Shown here: piece by piece, positions 51,571-64,000 of the stretch
Numbering within the stretch: position 1 is the first letter of the stretch
Layout of the letters: each line of letters starts with the position of its first letter
Assembly: GCA_013239625.1 (NCBI GenBank)
Contig: PNXV01005434.1
Location: forward strand, 186,001-250,000
Direction: 5' to 3'
DNA length: 64,000 nucleotides
From: Lama guanicoe
Taxonomy: Eukaryota
Made by a program: the position numbers and the translations under genes
The notes under the pieces: generated by a model
The model's database searches: none
Told to the model about the DNA's origin: nothing
Seen by the model: the letters and a program-made list of their open reading frames with translations, nothing else

Positions 51571-54172
51571 GTACTCTCCCCTTTAAGAGTACTTTTTTAA
51601 AGAGTGCAACCTTCTAACCAGAGAATTTAGAATGACCTGAATTTTTGTACTCAATAACAATCCAAATACTCTAATAAAATTGCCCACTCTTTGTGGGGCC
51701 AACTTGGTTTCACGAATGAAGTTATTTTTCTGTTTATATAAGTTCTCAGGTTACATTACTAGAAACATAACTGTGAGTTGATATCCTTTCTAGCCTTTTG
51801 GGATTTAACATCCTAGGAATTTAGCTTTCTCTATGGGCCATTCTCTCCTCATGTCTCCAAAGGAGGTCTATTAACCTTAGATGACTGAGCTGCTTGAGTA
51901 GTAAACTATGAGTAGTAAACGTCCCATAAATTCAACACACTCATAGTCTCTGTGCCATGAGTCACCTGAGAATCCTTCTTCATCTCTTGTGAAATCTCCT
52001 TTTTCAAATAGGTGTATTTCCACCTGGTAGGAAACCTCTGCCATTGCTAGGACCTTACTTGTGAGTCTCTGCTCAAAACCACAGTAAGTACTAAAGCCTT
52101 GTCATAGTCACATTGGTTAAATCCCAGAACATTCAAGGCTAATCATTAACCTCTCCTTACACTGCTTTTGGTAACATCCTGCACAATGGACTGACCCTTA
52201 CCTCTACCCTAGCAGGATACAGAGGCTTGGAGAGACTTTTCAAGGGGGTTGTGGCTAGAATTAGAAAAATATAACATCTGTATGGCACTGTAGAAGTTAC
52301 CTCTTCTACGAAACAGATGCCAGATTACCTTCAGGATTCATATATTAACTGTTTTACATGGAAGAATTATATTCCAAGTCCTGCTAACCTCTAATTGCTG
52401 GGGAAAAAAAAACATTAAAAATAATTATTTTCTTCTGTGATCTCAGATCTGCTCGTTATTTTAGCTGTATCAAATGATAATGAACCAAGGATAAACATTT
52501 AAAGAAGATGGAAAAAACATCAAAGATACAAGGTGTTTTTTATACAAGGATGCATAACAATAAATGAGTATTTGACAAAAATGCTGGACCTTGTGCAGTC
52601 AAGTAAGTTACATGCTTCCAAACTCTCATGATGGAGCTATTCCTTCAGAACCTTCAGAATTTTCATCTAAAAGTCCAAAGTCAATCTAGCTTCATCTCTA
52701 AACCTGTTTGTCTGCTACTCATTAAACTTTGCCATGCCAATCATTTAGATGATTTTACTGTTTATCAAATTACACCCACCATTTAAAAAGGATAGTTTAT
52801 TCATAACTAGGCAGCATATGCTTATCTGAATATCTGATAAAAGGGCATCTAGCTGTTAAGATCAATCTTTTTTCATTGGTGATGCTGCAGAAGAATTTTA
52901 ATTTCTTTTAGAATTTTTTTGTATTTAAAAGTAATTTTATCAAGAATAAACCTATAACCAATATAATTAAATGGTTAATAATCTAAACATTTCATTTAAA
53001 AACTTCCGTGTTTTATGTTTTAAAGCACAATTTTCTAGTCTCCTTGTTTTCTTGCTCGTAAACCTACAATAGCTTTCACCAAGGTGAACATATTAATAAT
53101 TAAATGCTTTGCAAAGTCAACAATTTTAGTCAAGAGCAAATATTTTGTGTATCTGAAGTATATAAGATACAAGGAGGTAAAACCAAAGATGATACTCAGT
53201 AAATTTGTTCATGTCAGAAGGTGATTTGTGCACCAGAAAGGAATTTGAATTGTATGTGAAGGGAGGTGTGAAGATAAAAGTTATTTTAAGCAAGGGACTA
53301 TCAATCTGAGAAAGGTCAGATTGCTGACAAAAAGAGAGAAGCTTGGGCAGAGACAAGTGTGACCAGGTGAGATTACAGAAGCAGTGCTGAAGAGAAGGGG
53401 TGCACGAAGGAAGTAAAGGAGAGAAGACAACATGGTAAGGAAGCAATTGTTTATGGAAAAGGAAGTCAGGTTTGTTAATTCCCTTTTAAGCTATTCTTCT
53501 GTAACCTCCTCAGAAGGCCATACAAAGTAGAATATCAAAGAAAGCTATTCTTCTTCCAATCTGCAGCATGCCTTATGGCTGCAAACTCTTAAAAGTCTAT
53601 AATACCAAATTATTGGAAGGCTATACAAAATATTTAAGGACAATGATTACAAGCTGGAGTGATGTAGCTATAAAATTTAATCTGCCATAATTCTGCACTT
53701 AAAAAAATCTACTTATTGTTAATAAAATTCTGATTCAGAGAAGACTGAGAAAAAAATGAAGAGAACAAACTTATTCACTCAATTCCACAAAGTTACTAAA
53801 GAGAAAGAGAAAATTAGAGGTTTAAAAAACAAATGAACAAACAAAAATTGAGAATCATATTTATGTTTTGGTCCTAAGCTGCAGTAACTGAGCACAAGAC
53901 AAACAGAGATTTGAGATTCACGTAGGATTTTCCCTGAATAATCAACATTGATAACTGTTACTATTATGTTTACGCTCTACTTCTAAAGCCCTAGAACTTC
54001 ATTGTAATTTATCTTATCTTATTACGAGATGGACTACAGAATTTATTTGGTTAATAGCACCAAACAACATTATGTAGAGACAGTTTTAAAAAAATGTTTA
54101 ATACAATTATGAGCAGAGACAGCAACTCTGAAAAACATGTTTTGTTATGTTTTGTTTTTCTCTTAGGAGAAT

Positions 54173-55156
54173 ATGTCTATGTCTCTGCAAGTCTCCAATA
54201 GCTCGAAATTCCAGGTCTCTGAGTTCATCCTGACGGGATTCCCAGGCATTCACAGCTGGCAACACTGGCTTTCTTTACCGCTGGCATTACTCTACCTCTC
54301 AGCAATCGGTGCCAATACCCTCATCCTCATCACCATCTGCCAGGACTCTGCTCTTCAGCAGCCCATGTATCACTTCTTAGGCATCCTCTCTGTGGTGGAC
54401 ATGGGGTTGGCCACCACCATCATGCCCAAGATCCTGGCCATCTTCTGGTTTGATGCCAAGGTCATTAGCCTCCCTGAGTGTTTTGCTCAGATTTATGCCA
54501 TCCACTGCTTTGTTGGCATGGAGTCAGGCATCTTCCTCTGCATGGCTTTTGATAGATATGTAGCTATTTGCCACCCTCTTCGCTACCCATCAATTGTCAC
54601 CAATGCCTTAATCTTAAAAGCTACCTTATTCATGGTGTTTCGGAATGGCTTGGTCGTCATTCCAGTGCCTGTGCTTGCAGCCCAGCGTAATTATTGCTCC
54701 AGGAATGAGATTGAGCATTGCCTGTGTTCTAACCTTGGGGTCACTAGACTGGCTTGTGATGACAGGAGACCAAACAGCATTTGCCAGTTGGTTCTGGCAT
54801 GGCTTGGAATGGGGAGTGATCTAAGTCTTATAATATTGTCATACACTTTGATTCTGCGCTCGGTACTTAGACTGAACTCAGCTGAAGCTGCGTCCAAGGC
54901 TCTGAGCACCTGTACCTCCCATCTCATCCTTATCCTCTTCTTCTACACAGTTGTTGTAGTGATTTCAGTAACTCACCTGGCAGAGACTAAAGCTACTTTG
55001 ATTACAGTCCTACTCAATGTGCTGCATAACATTATCCCCCCTTCCCTCAACCCTATGGTTTATGCACTTAGGACTAAAGAACTTAGAGCAGGCTTCCAAA
55101 AGGTGTTTTGTTTGAGCCTGGAAAAGAAAGTAAGGCATCAGAGACCTTCTTCATGA
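54173..55156 (+). CDS. OR56B1: Olfactory receptor OR56B1-like, intact 327 aa
   Basis: [71 protein letters not shown] and [13 protein letters not shown] match OR56B1. Acceptor at 54165-54166. Confidence 0.93.
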   Translation: MSMSLQVSNSSKFQVSEFILTGFPGIHSWQHWLSLPLALLYLSAIGANTLILITICQDSALQQPMYHFLGILSVVDMGLATTIMPKILAIFWFDAKVISLPECFAQIYAIHCFVGMESGIFLCMAFDRYVAICHPLRYPSIVTNALILKATLFMVFRNGLVVIPVPVLAAQRNYCSRNEIEHCLCSNLGVTRLACDDRRPNSICQLVLAWLGMGSDLSLIILSYTLILRSVLRLNSAEAASKALSTCTSHLILILFFYTVVVVISVTHLAETKATLITVLLNVLHNIIPPSLNPMVYALRTKELRAGFQKVFCLSLEKKVRHQRPSS

Positions 55157-57854
55157 CGTTCGTGGACTTTAGCTTCTTTTATGGTGGATAGTAAACTTTC
55201 AAAGATGATGGGGATACCGAATGCCTTTGAGATATGTTTTCAATTTTCATATAAACAAATGTAAAATGATTGTGAAAGGGAAAAAACTGAAAACCTTCAC
55301 AGTAGCTCCAAAATATTGACAAGAGCTAAATATATGTGAGAAAGGCAAGGACTTTCTCTCAGACCAATCAAATTGAATCAAAAACCATAATGAATGATTT
55401 ATATCTTTCCCCTAAAATAAAAATTAATATAATAGTCATATACACGCACATACACATACACAACCAAAGAAACAGAAGTGACTGGGGCATGAATTACAGA
55501 GATTTCTTTTTCATTGATAACTGTTACTTGGGAGAAAAGTCAGTCTGGTGGAATAAGCATTATCCCAGTAATGTGAACGCAGATGCCAGAATAGAAAATG
55601 CTTCAGATGAGCAAAGCCCAGCCAGACGATGATGAGACTGTAGGAGAATAGAGCAAGATGACCAGACTTGGACCAAAAAAAAAAAAAGCCCAAAAGATAT
55701 AGATGAATAAATAAGAAAGAGGGAGAGACAGAGAGAGAGAGAAAGGAAGGATCTAGCTCTTGCTCCATTTACCTGCTCAGCTCTTTGCTCTGCTCTCTCT
55801 GAATTGCACTGGACTCTCCTGGAGGTTGGAAGCTCATACCTGTATGACTCAGGAGCCTTTGTCTTCTTACATTCGATGGATCAAGTCATTGGGAGTCACT
55901 GGCAGGAGATTTAGAATGCAAGAGGAAAAAGTGTTTGAGTTTTGTTTTTTTCTTCTACTCTCAGCCTGCTTTGACACCAGTGCTCTGTTGTGTCCCTTAA
56001 GCATTTGCCAGGCAGTTCATCTGCCACAGCTACAGCTCTTACCATTTTTACCTCAAGCCTGCTTTTTTCTTCCCTTTCCCCTTCAGAACAAGGGAGTGAT
56101 GAAGCTTTTATGATATTGGTCTTTGGATACTCAATATCCAGTTTTTTTCAACATCCATTTTTATTTTCTCAACCCCATCAACAACTTTAGTAGCAACTTT
56201 ATTAAGTTCTTTTCAGACTGACATTTGTGTGTGTCTTTTGTTTCTTGTTGAGGCCCTGACAGATTCACCAGGTTTACCTCTATCTGTACCACCTCTGCTA
56301 CAAGCTACCCATCTGCCTCTGTGCCTACACCCACACAAGGATATAGGCAGCTCGAGTGAGTGAGAAGGAGGTCTACAGGATGAACAGAAATAGAGAGATC
56401 TTTAAGGCAGGAAGCAGGTGCAGGATTTTCATCCCAGTGAAAAATCCTACTCTGAAAACTTTCTTCTCTTGTTTATGACTTTAAAACCAATGAGGAGCAG
56501 AAAATACTGTTTAGTCTATAGTGTCATGTATTTCCTTGTGATCTTGGCTGGTTTCCATTAAACCCAGGCTTAGAGTGTTTCATTAACTAGCTGTAATATT
56601 TTGTGGGTAATCTCTTGAAAAATCAGGGTTAATTTGGGATGCAGGCTCAAGAGATGCTAGTAACTCAATTATACATTGATTATTGTCACTCACCATCCGG
56701 TTAGATATAAAAAGAAAATTCTATCAGTTCTCGGTATAATGAAAATAATGTGAAGTATTTTTCCTTATTAATCTGGATTTTTACACAAACTTGAATTCAT
56801 TTATATTTATTTAAAGGCTGATAAAGAGAAAATTCAATGTTCCATGGACTCATAAAACTATTTTCTTTAATAATGGTACATTTCAAAATATTAAGATAAT
56901 TTAAGTAAACATATGTTTGATTTTTTTTCAATAAATATACAAGAAGACGGTATTTCTACTAAATAGCAAGGTCCATGATAAGAGAAAAGTGCAGTGGAAC
57001 AAAACAAAAATGACATGTCATTCCTGCAGAGATAACTCACACATTATAGGCTAACAGAATTGAAATATCAGGATTTAAGCAAGAGTAACTTAATGAGAAT
57101 TTGCAAAGCAGGAAGGAAATGAAGAAAAATTTATAAGAAGAGGTAAGAAATATAGACCATGAATCTTTAAAATAAGCCATTATATTCTGTCACAGAAAAG
57201 ATAATCAGACAGCTGCAGAGATTCTGGGGAGCAGAAGCTGTCTGAGAGCACTGGTCAGATGCCGTTGGGCCAGAACAGGTGCTCTGTGACTTTACATCCT
57301 AAGCAATTTTGAAAGTTGTTTTTACCAAACTTATCCACAGAGATGTTGTCCATCTTTACTGGCATTTTAATATCATAGACCATCTTTAAATGTAGGAGAT
57401 GGCTCCCATTCAGACTTGATGAACCCTAAGAATCATTTGCAGAGGTTGACCTCAACTGCAATGCATTCATTTGTGAATATGAACTTCTTGAGTTTTTCAA
57501 GGAAGTCAGTATGTCAAAACCAGGATATAAAGTGTGACAAATTATGCAAAAACCCGTGCTAGATGGTAACAGGAATAAATATAGGAAGATATGTTTTGAC
57601 AAATTTGTTTATATTTTCTGAAAGGTAAAAAGCAGTGATATTGCCCAAACCTCCCACAAAGCTAGTCAACAGGAAAGAAGGGATTTGCACTCAGGGGAAC
57701 TTCAGAGCTGTCCAGTGAAGGATCCACTTTACTTTTTCCTTCTAAATTTCTGCATTCTCTACTATTTTAATAAAAAAGAGGATCAGAAATAGTAAAGATT
57801 CAAGTGGAATAAGCAACTGTACTTATTTAGAGCTTTCTCCAGGGCTAGAGAATG

Positions 57855-58460
57855 GTTGACACTATTGTACAAGTCTACTATACTCTTGCTGATTTTATGT
57901 GTATTTGTTCCATTGATTATGGAAAAAGGGAATTGAAATTCCCACTTGTATTTTTGGATTTTTCTATTTTTTTCCTGCAGATCTATATGTTTTTACACCA
58001 TGCATTCCAAATTCCTCTTATTAGAGCCAAAAACATTTAGAATTTTATCATCTCTTTCTTAGTTTAGTTCCCATCATTATGAAATTGATCTTCTTTATCT
58101 CTGGTAAAATTATTTCCTCTAAACGTATTTGACATTAAAAGCGTCACTTCAGCTTTATTTGACTAGTGTTAGCATTGTGTGATTTTTTCCATTCCTTTAC
58201 TATTAACCTCATTGTGTCTTTCTACTTCAAGTGTGCTTCTTGTAATTAGCACAGTTTGGTCTTGTTATTTTATCTCATTTAACAATCTCTGTCTTAAAAT
58301 TGGGTGTGTAGACCACTGATATTTTAAATGATTACTGAAAAGGTTAGATTCAGTTCATCGCCTTTTATTTGTTCTATATTTCTCATATATGTTCTTTGTT
58401 GCCTTTTCTACCTTTTTTTAACCTTCTTATAGATTGTTTATTATGATTGTATTTTATCTT
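57855..58460 (-). mobile_element. Old L1M fragment (ORF2 endonuclease region)
   Basis: T-rich sequence collinear with 30380-31030 but more diverged. Confidence 0.6.
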
Positions 58461-58517
58461 CTAACAACACAGATGCAAGAAGAAATAAACAGAAAAACTA
58501 ACAGTGGAAGACTTAGA

Positions 58518-58608
58518 TACACTATTTTTTTCTAAATTTTGGTTGAAGAGTAATCAAGAGTTACACTATTTTTTTTAAGTTTTGGTCCAAGAGTAGTCAA
58601 GAGTACAC
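58518..58608. repeat. Local tandem duplication, about 44-bp unit, two copies
   Basis: tacactattttttt...ttttggt..aagagta.tcaagagt occurs twice. Confidence 0.8.
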
Positions 58609-61514
58609 ACAACAAACAAGCCTAATAAAAGAGACATTTCCTATGAATATAAACTGAGCCTACACCCCAAATGACAGGAAATATTCATTCATCTAAAGTA
58701 CATGCAAAACATTAACAAATGTTAACAAATCATATTCTTGTAAAGGAGATCACACAATACCTTCAACAAACCCTATTAAGAGAAATACAAGCAACTCTCA
58801 TGACAATGCATTAAAACTAGCAATGTAAAATTTAAAATGTGTTTTTAGAAAGTAACTAAGAGCATAGCTAAATGACAATGGAACAACAGTCTCTTATCAA
58901 ATTGGCACATAACCATTGGAATGAAAGAAGAGGGCTCAAACATTCAATAGGGATTTATTTTGAGGGAATATTCAGATCAGAAATGTAAAAGTTTCATACA
59001 TCTGTCAATTTATTATAGCACTTTAAAGAGGATCTATAAGAATAAGTTATGTTTAAATAAATTATGAGCTTTTATTCAATCATAATTTTGTTTTGAAAAT
59101 GGACTAATTATATAGTGTTAAAATATCAATGTATGTTGTAATATATTATGATCATTTTTATAAAGATGTAGGTAATAAATATATACATATCAATACATTT
59201 ATATACATGTATTTTTACTTAGGATAAAAATACACAAGAAGTTTCCTCTAAGTTGTATGACTGAGTGCTTTCTAATCTATTTTTAAAATACCTTCCTGTT
59301 TTTCCAAATTATTTATATTTATTATATTATATTAATATATTATTTATATATTATACCACTACATATTATATATTTTCCAAATTATTTATTATATTACATT
59401 ACTTTCATTAAAAAGATAAAAATAGAATAAGTTTTTTTAATTATTGCTATTATCATGATCACTATTTCAAGATTTGTATATTGATCTAGTTTTTCTTAAC
59501 TTGATATGTAAGGGTAATAAATCTAAACTTTTGATGACTCTCTTTTCTGGACCATTTTCCTCACTTAAAAGTGAGCTTTTTAAACCAAGGGTCATATTTT
59601 CTAGCCTAACTTGTAGAGTAGAAAATTCTCAATAAATATCAATTAAATGGAGAGATGAACCAATACAGGAATAAAAGAAATAATTTTAAAAATGAATCAG
59701 TGTGTGAATAAAAGAAACATTCTATATGCAGTTACTTTTGATATGTTTTCCAAAAAGCAATGGATAAAAAGGAAACATAAATTTGAGATAAATATTTAAT
59801 CCCAATTTTCATTAAAAATACTGTGTTTATTTTCATTCTCCCCCCACCAAATATACATGCTAACACAGAAGTATACACATGTGAAAGCATTCACATATTT
59901 ATATATCATTATTTCAGCACTAAACATGGAAAGTTCTTGCTCTTTTTCCTCTCCCATAGAGGATAGTTTAAGTTCCACAAGAACGTCTCTGTCTCTGACA
60001 CTCTAAAATTTCCCCTTGAGACACGTAACACACATTTTTCCTTTTTTTTTTTCTTCATATTTTCCTTTAAAGGCTCAGTCCAATAGCACAGATAGCAAGG
60101 AAGTTAGAGGTTGGAAGCTATGCATGCACATTTATTCTAGGACTCAAGATTTTTTTTCAGCCAAGACCCTGAACACCTGGACCAGACTGCATTCAGCTCA
60201 CTGCTCTGCTATCCAGGAACTAAGGTATTTAAGACATACCAAAAACGGGGATGATGACAGAATTTCTTTTCTTTTCTTTTTTGTAGGCAGTAAGATAAAG
60301 TGAAGAGGGACTTTGGATATATAACAATTGCTTATCATTTTTTCCAGAACTAAATCTTTGACTCTATCCAAGTAATTTGAATACAGAGATGTTGTATGAA
60401 ATTGGATATTCTTGAACAATGTGTGTTTTCTCAACCATAACATTAAAATTCAGTGTAACATCATTCTGGTTACGATTATCTGTGTTATTTTTCTGTCCAA
60501 ATGGGAATCAGAGGTAAATTACTTCCATGACAAACAGAATAGGAAAATAGTTCTAGGTCATTAGGCCAATGGTCAGAATCCTCTTGGTTCTTACCTGTTC
60601 TTCCCTTATTCTGCAAAATCATAGTCTAAATTCCCTTTTTTATTTTCTACAGAGACTGAGCTATGACTTTCGTTTCATTGATTTTGGATGGCAAAACTTA
60701 CATGGAGAAAACAACCCTCATTTAAAAAAAAATGGCTCTAAAGGACTGAAGAGAATCTAACGAAAAAATATATTTATTACCTGTAAGGTTTAAGAATAAA
60801 GATAGACAACAGATATATCAAAGCTGTATTTTATAAGTGGTGATAGTTATGTGTTTATATTATTATTTTAGTAACCCTGTCCACACCACAGCATAGTATG
60901 TGTCTCATTTCCTTGCAGAAGAAATTAACTTTTGTGTATCAAAATTATTTTAAATTTGTTTCTAAAAGCAATAGAATAAAGGAAATATACTGGGATAAAA
61001 AGCAAAATCTTATTCTCCATCCCAGATAGTTGTTCATTCTGGGAAGAAATCATTAAGGTGCTGAACTTACATTGTTTATTCTTGTCGAGAGAAACTTTAA
61101 CTCCAAGAGAAGCTGCAATGTTGCTTTGTGCACTGCTATTTACAATATATAGATCAAAGCAGGTACTGAACATCACGGTTAAGAGAGACTGTTAAATAAT
61201 TTAAAGTAGACAGAAGGAGAAAAGAATAGGGATCTTATTTAAAATTAATTAGAATTATATTAAAATTGATGGATAGTTTAAATAAGTTATCTTTATTGCT
61301 TAAACCAGTACTTGTTCTGCTTTTATCATCTTATTCTTTCCACTTTCTTTGTATTTTCTTTGTTTCCCTACTTTATAAAGGGAATGTTTTATTTATTTAT
61401 CTTTGTAGTAATCTAGAGGAAGATGTTTTGCATTTTTTCTATTAGTTTATTTTATGCAATCCAAGTAATAATATTTAGATTATAATTTAGTAATTCTCAA
61501 AGTCAAATAAAAAT

Positions 61515-61515
61515 T

Positions 61516-61546
<31 letters not shown>

Positions 61547-61550
61547 TTTC
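61515..61550. repeat. (TTTA)n microsatellite
   Basis: Directly visible. Confidence 0.85.
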
Positions 61551-64000
61551 ATCCATCTATTCATTTATTTAATAAAATCTTAGTACCTGATATGTTCAAG
61601 GTGGTTTGCTACATACTGGATTGGTGGGAGTTAATATAAATACAAACTGTCCTTAATGTCAATAATTTTATTGAATTGTGGAGGAGTCCCATATATGAAT
61701 TGATTTTTGTAGTATCATAGGGTAAATATAATTTAAAAGAATTTTTATTTGAATAAATAAATTCTTTACATCTAATCATAGCAGTTTGTAATTACATTAT
61801 TTTAAGATGGTTTAGATGATATGTCTCCACCACCACATTCGAACTTTGAATCTTTCTGAGGAAGGTTTTCCTTGCAGAGTAAGTACGAATTAGCTACGTT
61901 TGAGTGGGGCTGGAGGGAAAGCACCAAAAGCACAGAGGACCATTTTTCACAGAGTCAGGAATATCGGTGTGCTGTGAGTAGGAAACAGCAAATAGCAGCA
62001 GGAGAGAACACTGTCCCTCCCTTCTTGATCTGTCAGAATCCTAATCATGCTTCAGGTCTAGAAGCCCTGTCTTTTCCTCTTAGATGTTTCTCCTGAGACT
62101 AGATTAGAGACACAGGTGCTCCTATGACAACGAATATAACTCTAAGATTTTGTAATGACATAAGGACAGAGCCTTGAAAAGATGCTTGTTAGCATGTGCA
62201 ATCTGTGTTTCCCTACTTCTTTCAAAACAAACGTTTTGACAAATCTAATCTGTCCTCACCTGGTGTCACTTTATGAAGCAGAATTTTCATGTGACAATAC
62301 TTCCTACAGACAATGACCTTAAAATCACCAAATTTATTAATGGAAGGTAGAATGAATATCTCCTCTAATGCAACACAGGAGAAAATTCACTTAGTGGCAC
62401 TCAATGGCTTTCTACGGCATTAATTTTTGTAAGCACACCAAAATCGCTGTCAGTCTGGGTATTGAGCACATAAAATATGGTAGTATGTTTTAACATGCTA
62501 TCTCCTTCAATTTTCTCTTCAGTATGATTTTCTGATCAAAAAAGCCTCAAAGAGAGTAAGTGAATTAACAAAAACCAGGTCTATAATCTAGTTTCTGTCT
62601 TACAAATTGGTGGAATTTCTGCCACAATAGTTGACAATGTTTCTATGAAAAATCAGATACGCCTTTTGGAATTCCTAGTAATTCAGGGTTATTGGGAAGG
62701 TGTTTAATGGAAACCAATTTTTTTAACTTGGGAAACTTGGTCACAGATTATTTTCATTCTACTAAGTAGAAAACTTACATAAATTTTTGGTGCTTTGGTG
62801 CCTACTAGCTAAATGCTTATCTGTTGTTGCAATCTTCTAAGAATTCTTACTTTACTTATCTGTTGAGCAAAGACTACAATATCTCAAAGTTTTTTCCTTC
62901 CTTTTTCCAACCCCTCTTCTGGAGAGGACAGAAAATATGTCCTTAAGGGAGGGGTAGGAAAAGGAATCTGACTTCTTCACTGCCTATTGTTTCCCAAGCA
63001 CCACAGAGTTAACTCATAATCTCTCTGGGTTCCTTCAACATCAGTGAAGTACCCATTACCTGATAATGACAAGATTCTTTATGATCTAGCTCCTGGCCAA
63101 ATGTCTAGCTTATTACTTGCCCCTTCCACACCAGCAAATTTTTTAGAGTTGATTGCTTTGATTTTTATACTTTTACTTGTTGATTCCTCTCTCTGGAATT
63201 CCTTTTACAAATGTGTCTCCTTTACAACTTGACTTCTTTCAAAATAGATATCGAACACCTTCTCTTCAACATAGTGTTTCCTTATAATCGCCAATTCTTC
63301 CTCTCAATACCCCACCAACAATGCACACCCACATTAACAGTCTAGTGCTAATTTGGGATCTTGCACGTACTTCTATTTTAGTTCTTGTTCTATGTTTATC
63401 ATGATTATTTGTATGCATCTTCTCTGTCCAATAAACTCTGAAATCCTTAAATGAGCAAAACTGTCTTCTTCTCCACATTATGGATACTTGATACATATAT
63501 ATAAGAAAGTAAGAGATTAATGAAAGAATGAGATACCATTTATTCATCCCAAATATTCAGTCAAATTGAAAATGAGTTTTAGACATAAGCACAGAATTGG
63601 GGATTAATTAATTTTGCTCTTGGGCGAGAAATAAATTTGACATGTGGTAAGAAATATCAAGTATAAATTTGCACTTGTATTGGTTTCCACAAGAACTCAA
63701 CTAACATGGATTCCATTGTGAAATATATACAAAAATGTAAACCAAATTGTCAGCGAGAACAGATGAGAAAACAATAAAAACTGGCAATGTCAACGTATTA
63801 TTGAATGATAAATATTACTGGAAAAACTAGCATAACTAAGTCAAAGTCTATCAGGGCCTTTAGTTTGGTATAATTGTGTGAAACTGGTTTGTTTGTTTTG
63901 TTATTTGTTGTATTTTTTGCTACAGACAGCAGATAATCTCAGAGGACAATGTTTAAATGTAAGACAGAAAAATTGGTAAAAGAATAAAATAAATGATTCA

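Noticed and set aside
58518..59400. Short direct repeats that could suggest an array (44-bp unit; AT-rich 20-bp duplication at about 59300-59390)
   Set aside because: Only two copies each with no spacer structure, consistent with ordinary slippage duplications. No CRISPR-like organisation.

Overview
Mammalian genomic DNA at the boundary between the TRIM5/6/34/22 antiviral cluster and the class I olfactory receptor (OR) array. The young LINE-1 3' ends resemble camelid L1s, but the species is an inference. The first 2.6 kb holds the last four coding exons of a TRIM5-like gene on the + strand. Its terminal PRYSPRY (B30.2) exon is out of frame with the canonical splice, which gives a premature stop at 2126-2128. 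Seven single-exon class I OR loci follow: an OR52H-type frameshifted gene (14570-15509), OR52U1-like intact (21766-22716), an unusual intact OR52-family gene (26768-27745), a minus-strand OR52 remnant cut by L1 (34137-34780), OR52P1-like with an open but oddly substituted ORF (42863-43828), an OR52N4-like pseudogene (47735-48702) and OR56B1-like intact (54173-55156). The intergenic DNA is mostly nested L1, L2/MIR, MaLR/ERVL and several solo ERV1/ERV2 LTRs with target-site duplications. I found no evidence of a new biological system. The best leads are the SPRY-truncated TRIM5 paralog, the divergent OR52 receptor lacking a conserved ECL2 cysteine, and patterns that could be either real OR decay or assembly error. 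Gene and repeat names come from remembered sequence similarity, not database searches.
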